The notes under the pieces: model-generated
What the model was told of the DNA's origin: nothing
The model's input: only the letters and a program-made list of their open reading frames with translations
Database searches by the model: none
Made by a program: the position numbers and the translations under genes
DNA from: Candidatus Harpocratesius repetitus
GTDB lineage: Archaea; Asgardarchaeota; Lokiarchaeia; Sigyniarchaeales; Promethearchaeaceae
Reading direction: 5' to 3'
Assembly (NCBI GenBank): GCA_021498095.1
Contig: JAIZWK010000001.1
Span: 4,020,001-4,052,000, forward strand
DNA: 32,000 nucleotides
Shown here: positions 17,199 to 26,209 of the stretch, in pieces
How the letters are laid out: each line of letters opens with the position of its first letter
Position numbering within the stretch: position 1 is the stretch's first letter

Positions 17199-17741
17199 TT
17201 GGTGAAAAAAATCTTGAAGAAAATTGTGGTAATAATTGGAAGTATAATTGTTTTAATCAGCATATTTCTACCTTTCGCTGATATGACACTTGGTTGGTGG
17301 GAGCACACCCAAATATTAAAAACATTTTTGGGAGATACAATTACGAAGACATACCTCTCTCCTTTTGGAACTCTCTCAAATGATGCAAATACAGATACAA
17401 CTCAAATTGAGGGTAGTATTTTAATAATTGCTTCAGCGGGAACGATTCTTGGAGCATTAATAGCAATTATTGGAGGCTTTATGGATAAAAATTTAATTGC
17501 ATTCTTGGGAGCATTAGTAATTATCTTAGGATTGGCATATTTTGTTTATAGTCTTGGCAATATTCCTGAAATTAGAGATCTCTTATATGATGAATCTGCT
17601 TCTGCAATTTTTGGTAAAAATTTAGATATATTCATCATTGTTGGAACTGCAGATCTTAAATGGCGATTAGGAAATGGATTTTTCATTGCTGCTACAGGTG
17701 CTTTAGTAACATTTGTTGGAACAATAATTAAAGAAAAATAA
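17199..17741 (+). CDS. Four-TM membrane protein of unknown function
   Basis: Four hydrophobic segments, a loop after TM1, and a C-terminal WRLGNGFFIAATG helix. Confidence 0.75.
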   Translation: MVKKILKKIVVIIGSIIVLISIFLPFADMTLGWWEHTQILKTFLGDTITKTYLSPFGTLSNDANTDTTQIEGSILIIASAGTILGALIAIIGGFMDKNLIAFLGALVIILGLAYFVYSLGNIPEIRDLLYDESASAIFGKNLDIFIIVGTADLKWRLGNGFFIAATGALVTFVGTIIKEK

Positions 17742-17743
17742 AT

Positions 17744-18784
17744 TTATTTTTTTATAATCTCTTTTTCAAACGGCTTTAATTCCGGCGGTATTTTCACACT
17801 TGCATCCACTTGACTATAAAACAGTGCAACTAATCCCATTAAACGCTCACGATTCTCTTCACCGGTTTTTAAAAAGAGAAAACGCGCATTTGGGAGTTGA
17901 GATGCAATTTTTGGATAATCACTTTGATCATGAATTGCATCATGAGTTCCATTAACCACAATTACCTCTTGAGAAATTCTATGTAAATTTCCATATAGCT
18001 CAAAATTTCTGACTTGATAACCTGCCCTTTTCCATTTCCATAGTTGAGCCCCATTGATAAAATCAATAGCTCTTTGCTTCTGTACAGGCTCATGCATATT
18101 TCTTAGTTTATACCAACGAATTATTGGGCGAAGAAGATAAAATAGCCATGTAGGTAATATAGGAGCAATCCATTTTAATACAAATTTAGAAAACCATAAT
18201 GTATGCATTGGATCTACAGTAATAATTGTGGGAGCTTGAATTGATCTGTCAATTAGACCCTGCATTATTACTGTAGCACCCCAACAAGGACCCATTAAAA
18301 CAAAATCTGTGTCGGATAAACCTAAATATTTTAACGCAATTTGGATATCTTGTGATTTTTGATTCATGGTGAATTGGCTTTTCCAACGATTCATACGGCT
18401 ACTTTTTTTTTCTCGAGTTTCGATATAATAAAATTCCACTTTTTCATATAAAACTTCAAATAAGTCGCGAAATCCAGATGGAATTACTCCCCATCCAGGA
18501 ATAAAAACTAAAGGTCGAATAGATGTTGGATTTTCAGGACGATAATGCAAAACCCTTATTTTTCCATGAGGAACTGGAATGTAGATATGTTTTGAAATTG
18601 ATGGATCCCAAAAATCAGGAACATTCACACGGTGTGTAGATAATAAAAGATTTTCAAGACTATTTGCTAATTCGGATGAAATTAAAGTCATTTCTTCAAG
18701 TTTTATAGGTTCTATTAATGTTTGAACGGAGATTTTTTGTGAATTCATGAGTAATACCTTAGTTTGCAGATGAAAAAAACGCAT
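17744..18784 (-). CDS. Alpha/beta-hydrolase-fold protein with Cys at the nucleophile elbow
   Basis: LVFIPGWG oxyanion motif, VLMGPCWG elbow, VVNGTHD. Confidence 0.75.
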   Translation of the reverse strand: MRFFHLQTKVLLMNSQKISVQTLIEPIKLEEMTLISSELANSLENLLLSTHRVNVPDFWDPSISKHIYIPVPHGKIRVLHYRPENPTSIRPLVFIPGWGVIPSGFRDLFEVLYEKVEFYYIETREKKSSRMNRWKSQFTMNQKSQDIQIALKYLGLSDTDFVLMGPCWGATVIMQGLIDRSIQAPTIITVDPMHTLWFSKFVLKWIAPILPTWLFYLLRPIIRWYKLRNMHEPVQKQRAIDFINGAQLWKWKRAGYQVRNFELYGNLHRISQEVIVVNGTHDAIHDQSDYPKIASQLPNARFLFLKTGEENRERLMGLVALFYSQVDASVKIPPELKPFEKEIIKK

Positions 18785-18817
18785 TTGAAAAATTAGAAAA
18801 AATAATTTGAAGATAGC

Positions 18818-20260
18818 TCATTCTGAATTTCGAAGTTCAATTTTTCGCTTCAACTTCAATTGTTCTTGAACATTTCGAAGTTTTTCGCCATGTAAACCAT
18901 ATAGAGACAAAAATACAATTACTAACAACAATCCTACCATTGAAATTGGAGTCATTAATAACTTCAAACCAAAAATCATATTTTGCTGTTGTTCCAAGGT
19001 CGGTTTTACTAAGAAATCCTCCCAACCATAGCCTGTAAGAACAACTGCAATAACTACAAAAACCAAAATAGTTGAATATCTATTAATTAATCCATTTATA
19101 CCGTAAAATGTCCCTGTTCGTCGTTGACCTGATTGTAATTCATCTTCATCAACAATATTGCCAATGATCGGTTCAACGAAATACATTGCACCAGAAAGCC
19201 CTACTCCTAGGAAAATCATGCAAAATATTGCCCAATATGGTTGATTTTCCAAGAACCAAAAAGGAATTAATGCAAAAATCCAAAAAATCGAAGATATAAT
19301 AAAACCATTTCGCCATCCAAATCTTAATCCAATTGATTTCATTAAGGGAAATGCGGCTGTTGCTGATAAAAAGGCAACTAATAAAATAGCAGAGACTAAA
19401 ATTCCTCCTTCTGCTATTCCTAAAACAAAAATTGCATATAATGGCACAATTGTAGTCAATAGTTTAAATACAAACCATTTAACAAGATTGGCAATGGTAA
19501 ACATCATAAAATCACGATTAGATAATATATCTCGAATCATTTGGAAAAAACTAGGTGAATCTTCAGATTCTGAAGGTTGATGATGAATATTTTCTTGCAT
19601 CCCCCAACGGAAAAATGTTAATCCTGCTATGATCGTTAGTATTCCAACAACAATCCCTGTTAAGATATAACTATCTGTAATAGAAATTAATTCTTCAGTT
19701 TCTCCAGTTTGCGGAGTCATTGGTTTAATAAAAATGGTGGGTAAAACGAAACCGATAATAACACCAACAATGGTCAATACAGATTTCCATAAATTTGCAT
19801 ATCCGCGTTCTTCTTCGGTTTCAAACATATCTGAGAATAAAGCTAATTGATTACATGAGAAAATGGTATATATTGCATCATATATCATAATGATAAATAG
19901 CATATAAGCAAATTTTACCCAATAACTCCAATGAACACCTACTGTAAATAATACAACATTAGAAATTCCAAATGGAATTGTGCTTAATAAAATCCAAAAA
20001 CCCCTTCGGCCAAATCGGCTTTGTGTCCTATCTGAAATAGGACCAAGCAATGGGTCGTTAATTGAATCCCAAATTGCAAACACAATAAATCCAATCATCA
20101 AATGATTAATATTTATTTGAACAACAGCATAATAAAATGTAAAAACGAGAAATGTAAACATTTGATGAGACATTTGGTCTGCAAGAGGACCTAACCCAAA
20201 AGCTATTGTTTTAGATTTTGAAATTCGAGTATAACCATTTGTAAGACGTGCAGTTTCCAT
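18818..20260 (-). CDS. MFS transporter, GPH/MelB family (paralog of 11434-12945)
   Basis: WDSINDPLLGPISDRTQSRFGRRGFW; DEDELQSGQRRTGTFYG. Shares DQMSHQ and FTFYYAVV with the upstream paralog. Confidence 0.92.
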   Translation of the reverse strand: METARLTNGYTRISKSKTIAFGLGPLADQMSHQMFTFLVFTFYYAVVQININHLMIGFIVFAIWDSINDPLLGPISDRTQSRFGRRGFWILLSTIPFGISNVVLFTVGVHWSYWVKFAYMLFIIMIYDAIYTIFSCNQLALFSDMFETEEERGYANLWKSVLTIVGVIIGFVLPTIFIKPMTPQTGETEELISITDSYILTGIVVGILTIIAGLTFFRWGMQENIHHQPSESEDSPSFFQMIRDILSNRDFMMFTIANLVKWFVFKLLTTIVPLYAIFVLGIAEGGILVSAILLVAFLSATAAFPLMKSIGLRFGWRNGFIISSIFWIFALIPFWFLENQPYWAIFCMIFLGVGLSGAMYFVEPIIGNIVDEDELQSGQRRTGTFYGINGLINRYSTILVFVVIAVVLTGYGWEDFLVKPTLEQQQNMIFGLKLLMTPISMVGLLLVIVFLSLYGLHGEKLRNVQEQLKLKRKIELRNSE

Positions 20261-20661
20261 AATTTTTTCACAATTTTTATAAAAATTACTAATTGTTATA
20301 TTAAACGATCTTCTATATAAAATGATTATTAAAATATTAGAAAATTGATCGAGATCTCACAAACATTTTATTTAAAAATTAATATTTCAAATTCCCAATT
20401 TAGATAATATTTGAATTTTTTGTAAAAATTTCTGAATTCAGTGAAATTATTATTTACTCGCACGGAGTTAATCAGAGAGTTAAAAGATCTCAAGATTCAT
20501 GATTGCATCTAAAAAAAATCTTTAATATTCCCATTTTTCTTTCTATATAAATTTTGATATAAATAAAAGCATAAGTTATACTATTTTAAATAACTTCTAA
20601 TTATTTTTTACTTATATAAGAAAGGGATTAATTATAATTAAATAAGATACATATCTTTGCT

Positions 20662-21015
20662 ATGAGTGAAAAAACAGAAAATTCTACTTCTCAAACATTA
20701 AATAATATTAATAACCATATGAAAGATCTTAGCAAACAAGATCCTAAGTGGATGCAATCTTTTGGGAATTTTATGAATCAAAGCAAAAAGGACGGAGCAT
20801 TAAGCGCTAAATTCAAAGAACTTATTGGAGTAGCACTATCTGTAAAAGCACAATGCGAGCGATGTATTGTGTGGCATGTTAAAAATGCAATTGATTTAGG
20901 AGCAACACGACAAGAAATCTTAGAAGCATGTGAAGTCGCTGTAGTAATGTCTGGTGGTCCTGGGTTGATGTACTTAGAAGATGTTCAGCGTGCTCTTAAA
21001 GATTTAGGTTTATAG
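20662..21015 (+). CDS. Carboxymuconolactone decarboxylase / AhpD-like protein
   Basis: GALSAKFKELIGVALSVKAQCERCIVWH...GATRQEILE...VVMSGGP (CxxC). Confidence 0.9.
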   Translation: MSEKTENSTSQTLNNINNHMKDLSKQDPKWMQSFGNFMNQSKKDGALSAKFKELIGVALSVKAQCERCIVWHVKNAIDLGATRQEILEACEVAVVMSGGPGLMYLEDVQRALKDLGL

Positions 21016-21061
21016 TCAGAATTGTATTGTAGATCCCCTTTTTTAGCTTTTTTTTCCATAC

Positions 21062-21130
21062 TATTTAATTAGAAATATATGAAAAATTCTTTTGGAAATA
21101 TCTGAATAATTCTTTTGGAAATTTCTGAAA
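21062..21130 (+). repeat. Three tandem 23-bp direct repeats upstream of the longin-HisKA-REC gene
   Basis: 21085-21107 AATTCTTTTGGAAATATCTGAAT and 21108-21130 AATTCTTTTGGAAATTTCTGAAA match at 21/23. A degenerate copy at 21062-21084 matches the first at 16/23. A TTTAAATTATA TATA-like box follows. Confidence 0.75.
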
Positions 21131-21203
21131 AGCTTTAAATTATATACGCACAGAAATTATATTTCCCAGTGAGATTGAATAATACATTTTTGAGGCAGAT
21201 CAT

Positions 21204-22493
21204 GTGATTTTGTTTAATTCGAAAATTTATCAGAATTTATGCGGATTTTTATGGATTCGTCCTTCAGGAGTACCTTATTTTAAATGGTTTTCGCCCGAAA
21301 ATACCCAAGAAACATGGAAAATAAATGATTTATTTTTCTCTGGATTCTTTAGCGCCATTTCTTCTTCAAGTGAAGTATTTTTTGGTGGTGATCCACTCCG
21401 ATATCTGGAATTTTCCCAATATAAAATTTATACTGAAAAAACTAAAAATAATGATCTGTTCGTTGTTATTGCAAAAAAAGAAACTCCTGAACAAATAGCC
21501 AAAACACTTCTAGAAAAAATGTTAGAACATTATTTTGATAGTAATTTAACTTCAATTCACGAAATTGAAGAAGATTACGGAAGTGTTCAAGAAAAATTCA
21601 TGCAAATTTTATCTGAGATTGAAAAAAATTGGAATAAAATAAAAAATAATAATATAGATAAAAAAAGGCAAGTAATTATTCCATTTTCAAGTGAAAATCA
21701 AATAAAATCTGAAAAAACTTCAAATTTAACAATTGGAAAAAATGGAATTCACCGTCAAGCAAAGAAAATAGCAGAATTGGAGCAAAAGTTAGGTGCTGTT
21801 AGCATTTTGGGGCGGACTATAGGTCACACATTAAATAATATATTGGCAACTATTTTGGGTAATGTAAATTTGTCTAAATTAGAAGTCTCTGAAAAAAGTG
21901 AAATCTATAAGAACTTGGATGAAACCGAATATGCATGTATCCGTGCTAGAAATCTCATTTTTCAATTATTGAATATATCAAAAAATATCAGTTCAGCGAC
22001 GTCTTCCAAAGAAATTGAATTGATTGCAAGAAAAAAAATGGAAGAAATTGATAATAATAAGAGCTATAACCTTCCAGATAATATTCAAGATAAAGCAAAA
22101 TCATTAGTTTTGGGCAAAGGATCAATTTTGCTGATGGATGATGATAAAGCGATCTTAGAAACTGGAAGAAAAATGATCAATAGATTGGGATACAAAGTCA
22201 ATACTTCAAAAAATTTAAAAAATGCCTTAGAAACTTATATTCAACATCAGAAGCAAGGAACTCCATTTGATGTTGTTATTTTAGACTTTTCTGCAATAGG
22301 AGGCGTGGGAGAATTTGGCTCATTAATTTGGAAATATGTAGATCCTAAAGTTAAAGCAATTGTTTCCAGTGGATATAGTGGGGATCCAATTTTTAATAAT
22401 TATCGAAAATTTGGATATAGTGGTGTTCTTAAAAAACCTTACAATTTAGGAGAGTTAAGCTTAATATTATCGCAAATAATAAATCATACATGA
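21204..22493 (+). CDS. Longin-like domain + HisKA dimerisation domain + receiver domain protein, lacking HATPase_c
   Basis: N-terminal LFFSGFFSAISSSSEVFFG...YLEFSQYKIY...LFVVIA (longin-like); H-box IGHTLNNILATILGN; receiver ILLMDDD...VVILD...IVSSGYS...LKKPY. No N/G1/F/G2 boxes. Confidence 0.85.
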   Translation: MILFNSKIYQNLCGFLWIRPSGVPYFKWFSPENTQETWKINDLFFSGFFSAISSSSEVFFGGDPLRYLEFSQYKIYTEKTKNNDLFVVIAKKETPEQIAKTLLEKMLEHYFDSNLTSIHEIEEDYGSVQEKFMQILSEIEKNWNKIKNNNIDKKRQVIIPFSSENQIKSEKTSNLTIGKNGIHRQAKKIAELEQKLGAVSILGRTIGHTLNNILATILGNVNLSKLEVSEKSEIYKNLDETEYACIRARNLIFQLLNISKNISSATSSKEIELIARKKMEEIDNNKSYNLPDNIQDKAKSLVLGKGSILLMDDDKAILETGRKMINRLGYKVNTSKNLKNALETYIQHQKQGTPFDVVILDFSAIGGVGEFGSLIWKYVDPKVKAIVSSGYSGDPIFNNYRKFGYSGVLKKPYNLGELSLILSQIINHT

Positions 22494-22532
22494 TCACCAA
22501 GAAAAATATATAGTTAAAAATCAATTAATATT

Positions 22533-23363
22533 ATGGAATATCGAGATGAAACAACTGGAATTTTTTATCAAGTAGTTGGAGATGGAATCCCCGTTCTTTT
22601 TTTACATGGACTTGGAGTAGATCATCGAACTTTACAATTTATTTTTGAATCATTTTTCCAGAATCATCCAAAATTTTTATTCAAACGAATTTATTTAGAT
22701 CTACCAGGAATGGGAAAAACACCCACAAATCCAAATATTCGCACATCTGACGACATATTAAACCTTTTACTTAAATTTATTAAAAATACGATTGGAAAAT
22801 CCCAATTTATTCTTGTAGGACAGAGTTATGGCGGATATCTCGCTCAAGGGATAATGTATAACATCTCTATGTCTTTGATCGCTGCAATTCTAATTTGCCC
22901 AGTGGTAATTCCTGAAGTTGAGAAAAGAGACGTCCCAGATCGACAAATTATAAAGAAAAACTCTGTTTTTTTGGCAAGTCTTTCTAAAGAAGAGCGACAA
23001 GATTATTTAAAAAATACTGTAATTATTTCACCAGAAAATTGGAAAATTTTTTCAAAATATATTAGGTCGGCTTTTTCAACTGTAGATAAATCATTCATTT
23101 CAGAATTATTCCATCAACATTACCCATTTCTCAAAAACCTGCAAGATTTGAAGCAACAATATCAATTTCCGACCCTATTTCTACTTGGAAAGCAAGATTC
23201 CACAGTAGGATATAGAGATCATTGGAAAATCTTATCTCAATTCTCCCATGCTTCTTTTTTTATAATAGATATTGCAGGTCATAATTTATTAATTGAACAA
23301 GCATCTCTTATTTTTAACATTCTTGAATGGTATTTTAATCAGATCGAAAATATTACTAATTGA
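22533..23363 (+). CDS. Alpha/beta hydrolase
   Basis: FLHGLG, YLDLPGMG, GQSYGG, GKQD, AGHNL catalytic-triad motifs. Confidence 0.92.
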   Translation: MEYRDETTGIFYQVVGDGIPVLFLHGLGVDHRTLQFIFESFFQNHPKFLFKRIYLDLPGMGKTPTNPNIRTSDDILNLLLKFIKNTIGKSQFILVGQSYGGYLAQGIMYNISMSLIAAILICPVVIPEVEKRDVPDRQIIKKNSVFLASLSKEERQDYLKNTVIISPENWKIFSKYIRSAFSTVDKSFISELFHQHYPFLKNLQDLKQQYQFPTLFLLGKQDSTVGYRDHWKILSQFSHASFFIIDIAGHNLLIEQASLIFNILEWYFNQIENITN

Positions 23364-23436
23364 AAATAGAACAACCATATCTTACATAAAACATTAGCTA
23401 ATTAATTTATTATTAATCAGAGAGAAATGACAAATC

Positions 23437-24291
23437 ATGTTATTTGAACAATTTCAAATTTTTCCTGGAATTGGAAAAAAAATATCGCAGAAATTGAGAG
23501 AAGCAAATATTAAAAATTGGGATGATGTTCTGAATTCGGCTTGTCCTTCAAAAATTCCAATATCAAAATGGAATAAGATGCAAGATTTTATTACAAATTT
23601 TCAAAAAGCACTCAATTGTAATAATTATCAAAAATTAGCAACATTACTTCCTGAAAAATACCATTGGTACTTGATTCCCCATGTCCTTTCCAAAGTTGCA
23701 TATTTAGACATTGAAACAACAGGTTTATCATGGCACAATAGCCACATAACAACAATTGCAGTGTATGATGGAATCAAAGTTCATGATTTTGTAAGGTACG
23801 ATAATTTGGATGAATTTCCTGAATTTATATCTAAATTTCCTGTATTGGTTACATATTATGGGAAATGCTTTGATCTTCCATTTATTCGATATGAAATGAA
23901 TATTAATTTCCCTCAAATTCATTATGATCTCTGTTTCTTATTACGTAAAATAGGATTGACCGGAGGATTAAAGAGAATTGAACATCAAGTTGGGATTTCT
24001 CGAATTGAATCTGAAGGAGTAGATGGTTATGATGCAGTTGTTCTTTGGCGGAAATATCGAAAAAATAATGATAAACGATATTTAGAGACATTACTAGCAT
24101 ACAATAATGAAGATGTGCTCAATTTGGAATATTTACTTTATTACGGTTATAATAGACTTTGTTTTAACATTTTAGCTACTCAATCTCAAAATTCTAGTGC
24201 ATCATTATTACAATTCCCAAATAAAAAGATAAAGAATCCTTTTAGAGCCCACACAGAGATAATACAAGAAATTCACCAAAGAAGTGTATAA
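23437..24291 (+). CDS. YprB-like RNase H-fold (DEDD) exonuclease with N-terminal helix-hairpin-helix
   Basis: FPGIGKK HhH; YLDIETTGL; YYGKCFDLPFI; HYDL; GGLKRIE; YNNEDV. Confidence 0.85.
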   Translation: MLFEQFQIFPGIGKKISQKLREANIKNWDDVLNSACPSKIPISKWNKMQDFITNFQKALNCNNYQKLATLLPEKYHWYLIPHVLSKVAYLDIETTGLSWHNSHITTIAVYDGIKVHDFVRYDNLDEFPEFISKFPVLVTYYGKCFDLPFIRYEMNINFPQIHYDLCFLLRKIGLTGGLKRIEHQVGISRIESEGVDGYDAVVLWRKYRKNNDKRYLETLLAYNNEDVLNLEYLLYYGYNRLCFNILATQSQNSSASLLQFPNKKIKNPFRAHTEIIQEIHQRSV

Positions 24292-24337
24292 AAAAAGAAA
24301 GAAAAAGGAAAAAATAGATCTATCTTAAAGAAAAGAT

Positions 24338-24817
24338 TTAAATTCGAACTGAACCATAAATTCTTTGTTTGATCCATGGAAGATTACCAATTTCCTGCAT
24401 AGGGATCTTTCCTTGAATATTTACAATATGAAATCGATTGGATGGATCAATTTCAAGAGATTCTTCGCATAAATCATAAAATTCATTAATTTGACAAATC
24501 TTGGGTGCTCTCGATCTATTTTCACTTAATTGTATCAATTTCACAGGTTCTGAGCGGAATAACCAAAAAGCATCTTCTTTCTTTATTCTATACTGCTGGA
24601 TCGAAGAAATTTTACTCGCATAGAGATTCACATGAGATTTTATTACAGCTATATCTTCATTAGATAATGGTTTTTTCACTCCAAATTCATAATAGAAAGT
24701 ATTATTATCGGCATGTGCATGAATCAAAATAATTTCGGGAAAGAGCTTTTTTACAATTTCCATTACAATTAATGCCCCAATTTTCTGATTTTTAATATTA
24801 TTCATATTTTCGTTCAT
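24338..24817 (-). CDS. Stand-alone, degenerate ThrRS N2 (editing / tRNA_SAD-like) domain protein
   Basis: VKKLFPE...FYYEF...LSNEDI...A..LF..EPVKL...FYDLC...QRIYG is colinear with the bacterial-type ThrRS N2 domain. The HxxxH and CxGPH residues are absent. Confidence 0.7.
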   Translation of the reverse strand: MNENMNNIKNQKIGALIVMEIVKKLFPEIILIHAHADNNTFYYEFGVKKPLSNEDIAVIKSHVNLYASKISSIQQYRIKKEDAFWLFRSEPVKLIQLSENRSRAPKICQINEFYDLCEESLEIDPSNRFHIVNIQGKIPMQEIGNLPWIKQRIYGSVRI

Positions 24818-25792
24818 TTTTTCTCACTAATTGATTGATTTTTATTATATTTTCTCTATTTTTTCAAAAAAAAAAGACTTAAAGTGTTTTATTCAAATTC
24901 TGATTTTTTTAAATAATTTTTAAGATTCTGTTAAAAACAGTGGCAATTGAAGTTAAAATGGTCAAATCTGTATCTATTTTAATTCGATCCTTAATTCTTT
25001 CTAAACCCTTAATAAAATACTCGGTTTTTTACAAGAAAGAAATCATAGTTATAAAAATCAATTAGTGAGGGAAGTGCTTCCAAATGGAAATGGATAAAAC
25101 TTAATATTAAAGCAATTTCTTCCTGCTTTTTTCATTTTTCTTTCACATTTTATAGAAATTGATTTCATTATCAGATATTCATAATAAAGTAAAATCCAAT
25201 ATATATAAAATATCTACACAAACATAAAAATCTTTATATTTCTCTAAGAAAATTATTATTCTAAAGATAATTAGGGAAGACAGGCAGAAACAGTTATGTA
25301 ACTGGAAATTATAGATCTTTCCAATTAGAAAAATATAATTCCTTTTTTATTGAATCCTGCCAGAGTCATATCATATTAATCTTGGTAAAATCTACCGGAT
25401 CTATTTTGAAGTAATTAAAAATTCGCTCACTGCTATGCAAGAAAGGATATGTAAAATCAAAACACTGCAAAACGCCATATCTCCTATATTTAGAAAACAA
25501 AATACAAGGAGATTTGTTCATAAAGCAATGTAATCAATTATTTGAAACCTCACTTACTACGGGCAATATTTAGTTATTTTTACCCGACGCAGTGAGCCAA
25601 CGAGTGAAGTTAGTTTTACACCAAATAAAACGATTCCATTGCATTTTAATTCACAAAAATTTTTCTATAATCATTTACCAGAGTAAATTCTTATTAAATT
25701 GTTGTTAATATAAAATAAAAAATTTTTTCTCTTGATCTTTTTTGTATCTCAGAATTTTTAACAATCATATAACTATGCTTATTAAGAAGAAA

Positions 25793-26044
25793 ATGAAAAT
25801 TGATCTTCATGGATATGAATTATCAGATGCAATCGTAGAAATTAGTTATGCAATTCGAGAACTTGACTTAAAAAAAGACCATGTTATTGAGATCGTTCAT
25901 GGTTTTCATTCAGGCCAAGTTTTGAAAAATTACATACGTTCTAAAAAATTTCTTCAAGATATGAAAAAAGATGGTTATTCTTTAAAAGCATTAAGTGGAA
26001 ATAATCCTGGTTCTTCCTTTTTTCTTGTAACTCTGAAACGATAA
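25793..26044 (+). CDS. Stand-alone Smr-domain protein
   Basis: MKIDLHG...IEIVHGFHSGQVLK...NPGSS matches the Smr pattern DLHG...ITG.G...LK...G. Start moved from 25742 to ATG 25793. Confidence 0.8.
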   Translation: MKIDLHGYELSDAIVEISYAIRELDLKKDHVIEIVHGFHSGQVLKNYIRSKKFLQDMKKDGYSLKALSGNNPGSSFFLVTLKR

Positions 26045-26209
26045 ATTATTTATCTCCTTAATAATAATTGAGATTCTAATTAAAGTTCTGTGATGAAAAG
26101 TTATTCAACGATAATAAAATAAATATGCAATGTTTCGTTATTCCAGTTAGATAAAGAATAAAAATCATCAAAAAAAATGCTTTTTTACTCTTTTTAGTAG
26201 GTTAAATTT

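Noticed and set aside
11855-19025. Short plus-strand ORFs 11855-12052, 12524-12718, 15045-15239, 15618-15995 (alternate minus frame) and 18837-19025
   Set aside because: Shadows of well-supported transporter genes.
20573-20596. AAGTTAT-N10-ATAACTT dyad upstream of the CMD gene
   Set aside because: 7-bp AT-rich arms are expected by chance at this composition.
25589-25615. Integron attC-like site
   Set aside because: Does not fit the RYYYAAC...GTTRRRY consensus and no integrase is nearby.
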